From: Eledone cirrhosa
Taxonomy: Eukaryota
DNA length: 64,000 bases
Direction of reading: 5' to 3'
NCBI GenBank assembly: GCA_964016885.1
Contig: OZ024760.1
Span: 18,228,001 to 18,292,000 of the forward strand
The notes below the pieces were generated by a model. It searched no databases. It was given only the letters and a program-made list of their open reading frames with translations, and was not told the DNA's origin. Below, piece after piece: positions 14,675-31,548 of this stretch; within the stretch, counting starts at the first letter, position 1; every line of letters starts with the position of its first letter. The position numbers and the translations under genes are program-made.

Positions 14675-14979
14675 ATAACATGTGGGTGTATATGAAGTGG
14701 GTGTATATAAAAATATGTATATAGAGAAGAGGGTGCTAGAAATATTTGAAGTGATATATATATATATATATTAAAATTTCAACAGAATCTCAACAGACAC
14801 ATGCACACACCACACACCACACATACATACACACACATATATATATATATACACATATATATATATCTTCATACCTTGCTGTGATGTGATACTCAGAGTA
14901 TACCACGGTCGTGTATATATCTATGGTAGAATTGTCTGTGCCAGAGAGGCACAGTATGTGACTTGGCTTGTCACAACCA

Positions 14980-16770
<1,791 letters not shown>

Positions 16771-16858
16771 TAGGTAGATAAGCAGATAAACATATAAATA
16801 GATAGATGGTTAGATAAATAGACACACAGAGACAGATAAACAGATAGTTATATATACA

Positions 16859-16935
16859 TGCAGGGAGTCCCAATGTATAAACACTTCAACAGCATTCTAA
16901 TGATAGTGTGTATACATTTTTCGGGACACCCTGTA
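16859..16935. mobile_element. Tiny Tc1/mariner-type MITE (CAGGGTGTCCC termini)
   Basis: cagggagtccc...gggacaccctgta; same family as 61092-61173. Confidence 0.7.
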
Positions 16936-16944
16936 TATATGCAG

Positions 16945-17145
16945 ATAGATAGATAGATATATTTCTTTATTAGCCACAGGGGCACAAAAGAAGGGGACAA
17001 ATACAAAGGGGGAAGTTTACATACAATAAAAACGTGTAAAATGATAGAAAGATGGATAGATATGTTTCTTTATTAGCCACAGGGGCACAAAAGAAGGGGA
17101 CAAATACAAAGGGGGAAGTTTACATACAATAAAAACGGGTAAAAT

Positions 17146-17201
<56 letters not shown>

Positions 17202-17299
17202 GATAGATAGATGTAAAGGTAGATAGATAGATATCTTTCTTTATTTGCCACAAGGGCAGATAGACAGAAAGGTATACATATAGCTAGCTTGCTAGATAA

Positions 17300-17330
<31 letters not shown>

Positions 17331-17690
17331 TATTTCTTTTATTTGCCACTAGGGCATCAAAAGTGGGACAAGTACAAAGGGGGGAGTTTACACAAAAAGG
17401 CGTCCTCAATAAGGAGAAGGCAATAACAAAATATAAAAATAAAATAAGATATAACAAAAAATAAAATTTTTAACAAAATCCTCAATAGAGAGGAGGCGCC
17501 TTGGGGGGTCGCACACCCCCCCGAAAAAAGTGTGCAACCCTTCTCCTCAGGAGCACAGAGAAGGGGTGCTCCCTTGGTCTTTTATCTTCCTCACCTATAG
17601 TCTGATGTAGAGTAGATAGATAGATAGATAGATAGATAGATATGTTTCTTTATTAGCCATAGGGGCACAAAAGAAGGGGACAAATACATA
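16945..17690 (-). mobile_element. Cluster of 5'-truncated Tx1/L1-like 3' ends within (GATA)n
   Basis: tttctttattagccacaggggcacaaaagaaggggacaaatac is the reverse complement of ~41330-41375; longer variant at ~17330-17610. Confidence 0.8.
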
Positions 17691-17986
17691 GATAGATAGA
17701 TAGATAGACAGGCAAACATATAGATAAATGTAAAATGTGATAACAAGAACGATAGACAACCAACATCATGGTTTTATTAGTGGACTTACCTCAGGGGTTA
17801 TTTCCACACAAACAGCCGTTTCTTTCATTTTATATATACATACATATATATACATTATATATACACACACACAAATATGTATATATATATATATATATAT
17901 AGAATACTTTATATATCCAGTGAGTATTTGTAGTCAGAAATATTGCGTGTGATATTGCAGAAAAAAAGTATTTGGACGTCCATAAA

Positions 17987-18051
<65 letters not shown>

Positions 18052-18189
18052 TATTAATAAAATAGATGTTCTTTTTATTAATACTTATATTTTAATATTA
18101 ATAACTCCAGAAAATTATTTTCTCGTTGAGTGCTTCCAATCTACTGTAAAACTCATTCTTTGACATAATCATTGAATATTGTTTAACAC

Positions 18190-18261
<72 letters not shown>

Positions 18262-18647
18262 ATATATATATCGCAGACAACAGAACGGGGGCTCAGGGAG
18301 GTTTTGTTGTTGGTGATTTTTTTTTTATTCCATTCCACCTCCTTATTCCGGCTCTGAGGTGGGGGTCGGGCTGGGAGCGCGGGGGAGGGGGGAGTTGTGT
18401 TGTGTTTTCTTTTGTTGTTGTTGTTGTTGTTCTCCTTCTTCTTCTTCTACTTCCTCTTCTTCTTCTTCTTCTTCTTCTCCTTCTTCTTCCTCTTCCAAGT
18501 AGATCTTGTTTCCAAGATATTAATAAACCTTCCCGATTTTTCAAGAACCGACAGACAACATTTTCAAAGTCTCTAAATATAGTATTTAGAAAATTAAATA
18601 TAAATGGAGAGAAAAAAGAATGTATTGTTGTATTGTGAATATATATT

Positions 18648-18708
<61 letters not shown>

Positions 18709-19073
18709 ATATTTGTATATTTGTATATTAATTATACATTACGCAAATATATAGAGACATACATGCGCCTGTATCTATGTATGTCTGTATGCATGTGTGT
18801 GTGTGTGTGTGTATATTTGTGTGTGTGTGTGTACGTTTGTATGGATGGATGGATGAATGTGTCTGTGTGTACATATGTACGTGTGTGTGTGTGTGTATGT
18901 ATGTATAGATGGATGGATGGATGTGTGTTTATATGTGCGTGTGTGTGTGTGTGTGTCTTTGTGTGTATTTTGTATGTGTGTATACAGTAAATGTGTGTGT
19001 GTGTGTTTGTGTTTATATGTGTGTGTTTGTGTATATATATATATGTGTGTGTGTGTTTATGTGTGTGTTTGTG

Positions 19074-19108
<35 letters not shown>

Positions 19109-19239
19109 ATACGTGTGTATTATTGTCTACGTTATGGTTAACCTGTCAGTGTTGTTGTTGTTGTTGGTACTGCTGTTGTTGTTGTTGTCAGTGATGTAAG
19201 AATAACAACACAAACAAGCAGAACAACAATAATGACAAT

Positions 19240-19275
19240 TAGTTACCATTGTTAGTAGTAGTAGTAGTAGTAATG

Positions 19276-19330
<55 letters not shown>

Positions 19331-19533
19331 TAGTAATGGTAGTGGTAGTAGTAGTGGTAGTAGTAGTAGTAGTGGTAGTAGTAGTAATGGTGGTAGTAGT
19401 AGTGGTAGTAGTAGTAGTGGTAGTAGTAGTAGTGGTAGTAGTAGTGGTGGTAGTAGTAGTAGTAGTAGTGGTGGTGGTGGTAGTGGTAGTAGTAGTAGTA
19501 GTGGTAGTAGTGGTAGTAGTAGTAGTAGTAATG

Positions 19534-19567
<34 letters not shown>

Positions 19568-19590
19568 TAGTAGTAGTAGTAGTAGTAGTA
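19240..19590. repeat. (GTA/GTG)n microsatellite
   Basis: Direct reading. Confidence 0.95.
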
Positions 19591-19728
19591 GTATATATAT
19601 CCTTACGCCGCTTCAAGATGTGTTGTCGGACATGTGACGATCGATGGCTGGCTGGCTGGATGGTATAAGATGGATGGTTGTGATAAGCTGGTACTGTGAT
19701 ATGATTAGCACGGGGATAGCGAGACACA

Positions 19729-19760
<32 letters not shown>

Positions 19761-19863
19761 CGACGAGAGCGAGAGAGAGAGAGAGACTAAAATCTAAGAG
19801 ACAAAGAGAGAGACAGAGAGACAGAGAGACTAAGAGGGACAACGAGAAAGAGAGACTAAAAAC

Positions 19864-19904
<41 letters not shown>

Positions 19905-20089
19905 ATGGTGAATGGTTCGAGTTATGTGAATAAATTCATTATTTCCAACAGACGACAGCAGCACAACAGAGTAGACGGAGAACCATAGAGTATATACATC
20001 ACAACCAACTGCCGTGAACTGTGTTGAGTGGCAATGTCATTGGAACTGTATAACACCACCTCCACCTCTGCCGACACCACTATATCACT

Positions 20090-20491
20090 GTCTCTCTCTC
20101 CCTCTCTCTAGTTCTCTCTAGCTCTCTAGCTCTAACTCTCTCTAGTTCTCTCTATCTCTCTAGCTCTAGCTCTCTCTCTCTAGTTCTCTCTATCTCTCTA
20201 GCTCTAACTCTCTCTCTCTCTAGTTCTCTCTATCTCTCTAGCTCTAGCTCTCTCTCTCTAGTTCTCTCTATCTCTCTAGCTCTAGCTCTCTCTCTCTCTC
20301 TAGTTCTCTCTATCTCTAGCTCTCTAGCTCTCTCTCTCTCTAGTTCTCTCTTGTTCTCTCTCTCTATCTCTAGTTCTCTCTTGTTCTCTCTCTCTATCTC
20401 TAACTCTCTCTCTCGTTCTCTCTCTCTCTATCTGTCTGTCTCTCTCTCTCTCTCTCTAGTTCGTTCTCTCTATATATCTCACTCTCTCCCC

Positions 20492-20531
<40 letters not shown>

Positions 20532-20870
20532 CTCACTCTATCTGTCTCTCTCTCTCGTTCTGTCTCTATCTCTATCTCACTAGCTCTCCCTCTCGTTCTC
20601 TCTCTCTCTCTCTTTCTCTCTAGTTCGTTCTCTATCTCTCTCTCTTTCTGTGTCTCTCTCGGTTTCACCCTCTCGTTCTCTCTCTCTCTCTCTTTCTTTC
20701 TCTGTTTTGTTCTCTCTCTGTCTTTATCGCTTTCGTTTTCTCTGTATCTTTCTCTCTACCTCTCTAACTCTCTCACACTCCCTGCCTTTCTCTCTACCTC
20801 TCTCACACTCCCTGTCTTTCTCTCTACCTCTCTTGAAGACTCTAACTCTCTCTATATATCTCTTACCTTA

Positions 20871-20910
<40 letters not shown>
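20090..20910. repeat. (CT)n compound repeat with recurring ctag/ctat interruptions
   Basis: Direct reading. Confidence 0.9.
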
Positions 20911-20911
<1 letters not shown>

Positions 20912-21000
20912 GTTTCTCGTTCTGTTAGACTTGTAGATGATATATGAAGAGGCAAGTGTGTGTGTGTGTGTGTGTGTCTGTACGCGGATGCAACTGTGTT

Positions 21001-21051
<51 letters not shown>

Positions 21052-21157
21052 ACGTGGATGCAACTGTGTTTATATATACATGTGTGTGTGTGAAGTAGTA
21101 GCAGATCTAGCAGAAGAAAGTAGTAGTAGTAGTAGTGATAATAATAGTAGTAATAGC

Positions 21158-21197
<40 letters not shown>

Positions 21198-21198
21198 A

Positions 21199-21232
<34 letters not shown>

Positions 21233-21296
21233 GGTGGTGGTAGTAGTAGTAGTGATAATAATAGTAGTTATAGTAGTAATAGTAGTAGTAGTAGCG

Positions 21297-21331
<35 letters not shown>

Positions 21332-21434
21332 GATAAGTAGTGTTGCTATTATAAAGTACCGGTCATATACTGAGGTCCATTTAATCGATTATATACTTCC
21401 CCTTAAATTTCCTGGACTTGTGCCTAACTTAGAA

Positions 21435-21486
<52 letters not shown>

Positions 21487-23820
21487 TTACTACTACTGTT
21501 ACTACTACTGCTGCTACTACTACTACTGCTGCTCTGTTACTACTACTACTACTACTACTACTGCTGCTGTTACTACTACTACTACTACTACTGCTGTTAC
21601 TACTACTACTACTACTACTACTGCTGTTGTTACTACTACTACTACTGCTACTACTACTACTGCTGTTACTACTACTACTACTGTTACTACTACTGCTACT
21701 GCTTTTGGTATACTATTACTATTGTTACTACTACTACTGCTGTTACTATACTATAACTGCTGTTGTTGGTGCTGCTGTTGTTACTACTACTACTACCACC
21801 GCCACTACCACCACCACTACCACCACCACTACTACCACCACCACTACCACTACCACCACCACTACCACCACCACTACCACCACTACCACCACTACCACCA
21901 CTACTACCACCACCACTACCACCACCACCACCACCACTACCACCACCACCACCACCACTACCACCACTACTACCACCACCACTACCACCACCACCACCAC
22001 CACCACCACCACCACTACCATCACCACCACTACCACCACCACCACTACCACTACCACCACCACTACCACCACCACCACCACCACCACTACCACCACCACC
22101 ACTACCACTACCACCACCACTACCACCACCACCACCACCACCACTACCACTACCACCACCACTACCACCACCACCACCACCACCACTACCACCACCACCA
22201 CTACCACTACCACCACCACTACCACCACCACCACCACCACCACTACCACCACTACTACCACCACCACTACCACCACCACCACCACCACCACCACCACCAC
22301 TACCATCACCACCACTACCACCACCACCACTACCACTACCACCACCACTACCACCACCACCACCACCACCACTACCACCACCACCACTACCACTACCACC
22401 ACCACTACCACCACCACCACCACCACCACTACCACCACCACTACCACCACCACCACTACCACTACCACCACCACTACCACCACCACCACCACCACCACTA
22501 CCACCACCACCACCACCACCACCACTACCACCACCACCACTACCACCACCACTACCACCACCACTACCACTACCACTACCACTACCACCACCACTACCAC
22601 CACCACCACCACTACCACCACCACCACTAGCACCACCACCACTACCACCACCACTACCACCACCACTACCACCACTACCACCACCACCACCACTACCACC
22701 ACCACTACCACTACCACTACCACCACCACTACCACCACCACCACCACTACCACCACCACCACTAGCACCACCACCACTACCACCACCACTACCACCACTA
22801 CCACCACCACTACCACTACCACCACCACTACCACCACTACCACCACCACTACCACCACCACCACTACCACCACCACCACTACCACTACCACCACCACTAC
22901 CACCACCACCACCACCACCACTACCACCACCACCACCACCACCACCACTACCACCACCACCACTACCACCACCACTACCACCACCACTACCACTACCACT
23001 ACCACTACCACCACCACTACCACCACCACCACCACTACCACCACCACCACTAGCACCACCACCACTACCACCACCACTACCACCACCACTACCACCACTA
23101 CCACCACCACCACCACTACCACCACCACTACCACTACCACTACCACCACCACTACCACCACCACCACCACTACCACCACCACCACTAGCACCACCACCAC
23201 TACCACCACCACTACCACCACTACCACCACCACTACCACTACCACCACCACTACCACCACTACCACCACCACTACCACCACCACCACTACCACCACTACT
23301 ACCACCACCACTACCACCACCACCACCACCACCACCACTACCACCACCACCACTACCACCACCACCACTACCACCACCACTACCACCACCACCACTACCA
23401 CCACCACCACTACCACCACCACCACTACCACCACCACCACTACCACCACCACCACTACCACCACCACCACTACCACCACCACTACCACCACTACCACCAC
23501 CACCACTACCACCACCACTACCACTACCACTACCACCACCACTACCACCACCACCACCACTACCACCACCACCACTAGCACCACCACCACTACCACCACC
23601 ACTACCACCACTACCACCACCACTACCACTACCACCACCACTACCACCACTACCACCACCACTACCACCACCACCACCACTACCACCACTACCACCACCA
23701 CCACCACCACCACTACCACCACCACCACCACTACTACCACTACCACCACCACTACCACCACCACCACTACTACCACTACCACCACCACCACCACTACCAC
23801 TACCACCACCACCACCACTA
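21435..23820. repeat. (CTA)n/(CCA)n array with internal 285-bp and 423-bp duplications
   Basis: Rare variants: tca at 22021 and 22306; ctag at 22627/23050 and 22762/23185. Confidence 0.9.
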
Positions 23821-24113
23821 CAATCCCATATTCCAGACTGGTTTGTCTTCTGTCTTTTACTGTTGGAGAAAATTCTTCCAAAATCCTGTCTTTTCTGTCG
23901 TTGCTGTTGTTGTTGTTGTTACTGTTGTTGTCATTGCTGTTGTTGTTGTTGCTATTGTTGTTGTTCTTGTGGTGGTTATTATTGTTGTTGTTATTGTTAT
24001 GGTTGTTCTTATTCTTGTGGTTGTTTTTGTTTTTATTGTTGTTATTGTTGATGTCGTTGCTATTGTCGTTATTGTTATTACTATTTTATATTGCTCTCTC
24101 GCCCCCCCCCCCT

Positions 24114-24144
<31 letters not shown>

Positions 24145-25852
24145 TTGATGTTTGTCACCCTCTCTCTGTCTCTCTCTTTTTCTTTCTGTCCCTCTCTCTC
24201 TCAGTCTCTTTTCCCCTTCTCTCTCTCTCTCACTCTCTCTCTCTCTAACATCAACACTGTCTTTCTGTCACATGTAAACAGTTACAACATACACTCACAC
24301 ACATACACACACACACACAGACACAGATACACACACATACACAGACACACAGACACACATACACACACACACAGAAACACACACACACACAGACACACAT
24401 ACATACATACGGACATAGACACACACACGCATACACACACACAGAAACACACACACACACAGACACACATACATACGGACATAGACACACACACACACAT
24501 ACACACACAGAAACACACACATACACACACACATACAGACACACACAGAGACACCCACTGGTAGACCAACAATGACACAACCCCACCACCCCACCAACAA
24601 CCCTTATTCCACCCCTACAAACCACCTCCACAAATACTACTACTACCCTATCATTGACATTGGTATTATAGCACCAGTGTCACACACCACTGTCACCACC
24701 ACCTTTACTGTCACTACCACCACCACTACTACCAGTGTCACACACCAGTGTCACCACCACCTTTACTGTCACTACCACCACCACTACTGCCACCACCACC
24801 ACTACCAGTGTCACACACCACTGCAGACATTAACAGTGTCACCACCACCACCACCACCACTACTGTCACACACCACTGCAGTGTCACTACCACTGCCACT
24901 ACTACTGTCAACACTACCACAAAGACCAACCAGCACACCACCACCACAACCACCACCACCACCACAACCTCTATCACCACCACCCACCACCACCACCCCA
25001 CCACCACCACCACAACCTCTATCATCGCCCCCCCCCCCCCCCCCCACCCCCACCCCACCACAACAACCTGTATCACCACCACCCCACCACCACCACCCCA
25101 CCACCACCACCACCACCACCACCACCACTACCACCACCTCTATCACCACCACCACCACCCCACCACCACCCCACCACCACCCCACCACCACAACCTGTAT
25201 CACCACCCCACCACCACCACCACCACCACCACCACCACCACCACCACCACCACCACCTATATCACCACCACCACCACAACCTGTATCACCACCACCCCAC
25301 CACCACCACAACCTCTATCACCCCCACCTTCACCCCCACCCACCACCACAACCTCTATGATCACCACCCCACCACCACCACCACGATCTCTATCACCACC
25401 CCACCACCATCACCACCACCACCACAACCTCTATCACCACCACCACCACCACAACCTCTACCACCACCGCCACCACAACCTCTATCACCACTACCCCACC
25501 ACCACCACCACCTCTTTCCTCACCACCAGAATCACCACCACCACCACAGCCTCTATCACCACCACAACCTCTATCACCACCACCACCACCACCACAACCT
25601 CTATCACCACCACCACCACCACAACCTCTATCATCACCACCACCACCACCTCTATCACCACCACCTCTATCACCACCACCACCACCACCACCACCACCAC
25701 ATCTCTAAACAGACAAAGACAGGTCCACTGTCATCACCAGCAGACCATAGCGAGACACCACACACACACACATACACACGACAAAGACAGACACAAACAC
25801 ACCTATTCATTATAGACAGGAGAAAAATTAGAACTGGGATTAAGAGAGCGAA

Positions 25853-28800
25853 CTTTAGAAATAGTAGCCAAATCTTCCTCAAAGTTTAGAAATAGTAGCC
25901 AAATCTTCCTCAAAGTTTAGAAATAGTAGCCAAATCTTCCTCAAAGTTTAGAAATAGTAGTCAAATCTTCCTCAAAGTTTAGAAATAGTAGCCAAATCTT
26001 CCTCAAAGTTTAGAAATAGTAGTCAAATCTTTCTCAAACTCTAGATATAGTAGTCAAATCTTCCTCAAAGTTTAGAAATAGTAGCCAAATCTTCCTCAAA
26101 GTTTAGAAATAGTAGTCAAATCTTTCTCAAACTCTAGATATAGTAGTCAAATCTTCTTCAAACTCTAGATATAGTAGTCAAATCTTCTTCAAACTCTAGA
26201 TATAGTAGTCAAATCTTCTTCAAACTCTAGATATAGTAGTCAAATCTTCTTCAAACTCTAGATATAGTAGTCAAATCTTCTTCAAACTCTAGAAATAGTA
26301 GTCAAATCTTTCTCAAACTCTAGATATAGTAGTCAAATCTTCTTCAAACTCTAGATATAGTAGTCAAATCTTCTTCAAACTCTAGATATAGTAGTCAAAT
26401 CTTCTTCAAACTCTAGAAATAGTAGTCAAATCTTCCTCAAACTCTAGATATAGTAGTCAAATCTTCTTCAAACTCTAGATATAGTAGTCAAATCTTCTTC
26501 AAACTCTAGATATAGTAGTCAAATCTTCTTCAAACTCTAGATATAGTAGTCAAATCTTCTTCAAACTCTAGAAATAGTAGTCAAATCTTTCTCAAACTCT
26601 ACATATAGTAGTCAAATCTTCCTCAAACTCTAGATATAGTAGTCAAATCTTCTTCAAACTCTAGATATAGTAGTCAAATCTTCTTCAAACTCTAGATATA
26701 GTAGTCAAATCTTCTTCAAACTCTAGATATAGTAGTCAAATCTTCTTCAAACTCTAGATATAGTAGTCAAATCTTCTTCAAACTCTAGAAATAGTAGTCA
26801 AATCTTTCTCAAACTCTAGATATAGTAGTCAAATCTTCTTCAAACTCTAGATATAGTAGTCAAATCTTCTTCAAACTCTAGATATAGTAGTCAAATCTTC
26901 TTCAAACTCTAGAAATAGTAGTCAAATCTTTCTCAAACTCTAGATATAGTAGTCAAATCTTCTTCAAACTCTAGATATAGTAGTCAAATCTTCTTCAAAC
27001 TCTAGATATAGTAGTCAAATCTTCTTCAAACTCTAGATATAGTAGTCAAATCTTCTTCAAACTCTAGAAATAGTAGTCAAATCTTTCTCAAACTCTAGAT
27101 ATAGTAGTCAAATCTTCTTCAAACTCTAGATATAGTAGTCAAATCTTCTTCAAACTCTAGAAATAGTAGTCAAATCTTTCTCAAACTCTAGATATAGTAG
27201 TCAAATCTTCTTCAAACTCTAGATATAGTAGTCAAATCTTCTTCAAACTCTAGAAATAGTAGTCAAATCTTTCTCAAACTCTAGATATAGTAGTCAAATC
27301 TTCTTCAAACTCTAGATATAGTAGTCAAATCTTCTTCAAACTCTAGAAATAGTAGTCAAATCTTTCTCAAACTCTAGATATAGTAGTCAAATCTTCTTCA
27401 AACTCTAGATATAGTAGTCAAATCTTCTTCAAACTCTAGATATAGTAGTCAAATCTTCTTCAAACTCTAGAAATAGTAGTCAAATCTTTCTCAAACTCTA
27501 GATATAGTAGTCAAATCTTCTTCAAACTCTAGATATAGTAGTCAAATCTTCTTCAAACTCTAGATATAGTAGTCAAATCTTCTTCAAACTCTAGATATAG
27601 TAGTCAAATCTTCTTCAAACTCTAGAAATAGTAGTCAAATCTTTCTCAAACTCTAGATATAGTAGTCAAATCTTCTTCAAACTCTAGATATAGTAGTCAA
27701 ATCTTCTTCAAACTCTAGATATAGTAGTCAAATCTTCTTCAAACTCTAGAAATAGTAGTCAAATCTTTCTCAAACTCTAGATATAGTAGTCAAATCTTCT
27801 TCAAACTCTAGATATAGTAGTCAAATCTTCTTCAAACTCTAGAAATAGTAGTCAAATCTTTCTCAAACTCTAGAAATAGTAGTCAAATCTTCCTCAAACT
27901 CTAGATATAGTAGTCAAATCTTCTTCAAACTCTAGATATAGTAGTCAAATCTTCTTCAAACTCTAGATATAGTAGTCAAATCTTCTTCAAACTCTAGAAA
28001 TAGTAGTCAAATCTTTCTCAAACTCTAGATATAGTAGTCAAATCTTTCTCAAACTCTAGATATAGTAGTCAAATCTTCTTCAAACTCTAGAAATAGTAGT
28101 CAAATCTTCTTCAAACTCTAGATATAGTAGTCAAATCTTCCTCAAACTCTAGATATAGTAGTCAAATCTTCTTCAAACTCTAGATATAGTAGTCAAATCT
28201 TTCTCAAACTCTAGATATAGTAGTCAAATCTTCTTCAAACTCTAGATATAGTAGACAAATCTTTCTCAAACTCTAGATATAGTAGTCAAATCTTCTTCAA
28301 ACTCTAGATATAGTAGTCAAATCTTTCTCAAACTCTAGATATAGTAGTCAAATCTTCTTCAAACTCTAGATATAGTAGTCAAATCTTCTTCAAACTCTAG
28401 ATATAGTAGTCAAATCTTCTTCAAACTCTAGAAATAGTAGTCAAATCTTTCTCAAACTCTAGATATAGTAGTCAAATCTTTCTCAAACTCTAGATATAGT
28501 AGTCAAATCTTCTTCAAACTCTAGAAATAGTAGTCAAATCTTCTTCAAACTCTAGATATAGTAGTCAAATCTTCTTCAAACTCTAGATATAGTAGTCAAA
28601 TCTTCTTCAAACTCTAGAAATAGTAGTCAAATCTTCCTCAAACTCTAGATATAGTAGTCAAATCTTCTTCAAACTCTAGATATAGTAGACAAATCTTCTT
28701 CAAACTCTAGAAATAGTAGTCAAATCTTTCTCAAACTCTAGAAATAGTAGTCAAATCTTCCTCAAACTCTAGATATAGTAGTCAAATCTTCTTCAAACTC

Positions 28801-30653
28801 TAGATATAGTAGTCAAATCTTCTTCAAACTCTAGATATAGTAGTCAAATCTTCTTCAAACTCTAGAAATAGTAGTCAAATCTTTCTCAAACTCTAGATAT
28901 AGTAGTCAAATCTTCCTCAAACTCTAGATATAGTAGTCAAATCTTTCTCAAACTCTAGATATAGTAGTCAAATCTTCTTCAAACTCTAGAAATAGTAGTC
29001 AAATCTTTCTCAAACTCTAGAAATAGTAGTCAAATCTTCCTCAAACTCTAGATATAGTAGTCAAATCTTCTTCAAACTCTAGATATAGTAGTCAAATCTT
29101 CTTCAAACTCTAGAAATAGTAGTCAAATCTTTCTCAAACTCTAGATATAGTAGTCAAATCTTCCTCAAACACTAGATATAGTAGTCAAATCTTTCTCAAA
29201 CTCTAGATATAGTAGTCAAATCTTCTTCAAACTCTAGAAATAGTAGTCAAATCTTTCTCAAACTCTAGAAATAGTAGTCAAATCTTCCTCAAACTCTAGA
29301 TATAGTAGTCAAATCTTCTTCAAACTCTAGATATAGTAGTCAAATCTTCTTCAAACTCTAGATATAGTAGTCAAATCTTCTTCAAACTCTAGAAATAGTA
29401 GTCAAATCTTTCTCAAACTCTAGATATAGTAGTCAAATCTTCCTCAAACTCTAGATATAGTAGTCAAATCTTTCTCAAACTCTAGATATAGTAGTCAAAT
29501 CTTTCTCAAACTCTAGATATAGTAGTCAAATCTTCCTCAAATTCTAGATATAGTAGTCAAATCTTCCTCAAACTCTAGATATAGTAGTCAAATCTTCTTC
29601 AAACTCTAGATATAGTAGTCAAATCTTCCTCAAACTCTAGATATAGTAGTCAAATCTTCCTCAAACTCTAGATATAGTAGTCAAATCTTCCTCAAACTCT
29701 AGATATAGTAGTCAAATCTTCCTCAAACTCTAGATATAGTAGTCAAATCTTCCTCAAACTCTAGATATAGTAGTCAAATCTTCTTCAAACTCTAGATATA
29801 GTAGTCAAATCTTCCTCAAACTCTAGAAATAGTAGTCAAATCTTCCTCAAACTCTAGATATAGTAGTCAAATCTTCCTCAAACTCTAGATATAGTAGTCA
29901 AATCTTCCTCAAACTCTAGATATAGTAGTCAAATCTTCCTCAAACTCTAGATATAGTAGTCAAATCTTCCTCAAACTCTAGAAATAGTAGTCAAATCTTC
30001 CTCAAACTCTAGATATAGTAGTCAAATCTTCCTCAAACTCTAGAAATAGTAGTCAAATCTTCCTCAAACTCTAGAAATAGTAGTCAAATCTTCCTCAAAC
30101 TCTAGATATAGTAGTCAAATCTTCTTCAAACTCTAGATATAGTAGTCAAATCTTCCTCAAACTCTAGAAATAGTAGTCAAATCTTCCTCAAACTCTAGAA
30201 ATAGTAGTCAAATCTTCCTCAAACTCTAGAAATAGTAGTCAAATCTTCTTCAAACTCTAGATATAGTAGTCAAATCTTCTTCAAACTCTAGATATAGTAG
30301 TCAAATCTTCCTCAAACTCTAGATATAGTAGTCAAATCTTCCTCAAACTCTAGATATAGTAGTCAAATCTTCCTCAAACTCTAGATATAGTAGTCAAATC
30401 TTCCTCAAACTCTAGATATAGTAGTCAAATCTTCTTCAAACTCTAGATATAGTAGTCAAATCTTCCTCAAACTCTAGATATAGTAGTCAAATCTTCCTCA
30501 AACTCTAGATATAGTAGTCAAATCTTCCTCAAACTCTAGATATAGTAGTCAAATCTTCTTCAAACTCTAGATATAGTAGTCAAATCTTCCTCAAACTCTA
30601 GATATAGTAGTCAAATCTTCCTCAAACTCTAGATATAGTAGTCAAATCTTCCT
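25853..30653 (+). repeat. 31-bp satellite/minisatellite (~155 copies)
   Basis: Unit ctaga(t/a)atagtagtcaaatctt(ct/tc/cc)tcaaact; period 31 (25861, 25892). Confidence 0.97.
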
Positions 30654-30774
30654 GATGGTCATTTGTGGAGAAAGCCCACAAAAAAGCCACAAACTCACCC
30701 ACTCACCCCTACTCCCCACTGCCCACTAGGGTAAACCCCAACACATCTCTCCCCCAATTGTCCACCTCCAATTT

Positions 30775-30850
30775 GAGCCTCGTGAGATGGAATGGCTCTT
30801 CCAGCACATCTCCCTTACCATCCTCCGGGGAAACACCTTCTCCATTCTAC
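30775..30850 (+). mobile_element. CRE-like (RLE) non-LTR retrotransposon C-terminal remnant
   Basis: Translates EPREMEWLFQHISLTILRGNTFSIL, resembling the CRE-type C-terminal FLFQRLS.AIQRGNA.SI motif. Confidence 0.55.
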
Positions 30851-31007
30851 CCACCGGGGCTGTGGGGAGGCCAGCACATGGGACCCCATTTGCTCACCAT
30901 ACAGAGAGATGAGGAAGGTAGGTGAGAGAGATGGGGCCCGATGACGGTGGTAGTTCGGCCCTTCCATGTTCGGACACATTGCACCTGTCTAGAATCTACA
31001 GGCTGGT

Positions 31008-31038
<31 letters not shown>

Positions 31039-31283
31039 CACACAGACATACACATATATACACACAGACATACAGACATATATACACACACACACACACA
31101 TACACACACATACACATATATACACACAGACATACAGACATATACACACACACAGACATACACATACACACACACAGACATACAGACATACACACACACA
31201 CAGACATACACATACACACACACAGACATACAGACATATACACACACACAGACATACACATACACACACACACAGACATACAG

Positions 31284-31326
<43 letters not shown>

Positions 31327-31500
31327 TACACATATATACACACAGACATACAGACATATACACACACACACAGACATACACATACACACACATACAGACA
31401 TACACACACACACATACATACATACACACACACACACATACAGACATATACACACACACATACATACACACACACACACACAGACATACAGCCATACACA

Positions 31501-31548
<48 letters not shown>

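Noticed and set aside
21135-24248. 1037-aa poly-Thr and 762-aa Pro/Leu ORFs (mucin- or extensin-like)
   Set aside because: Pure trinucleotide repeat open in several frames on both strands
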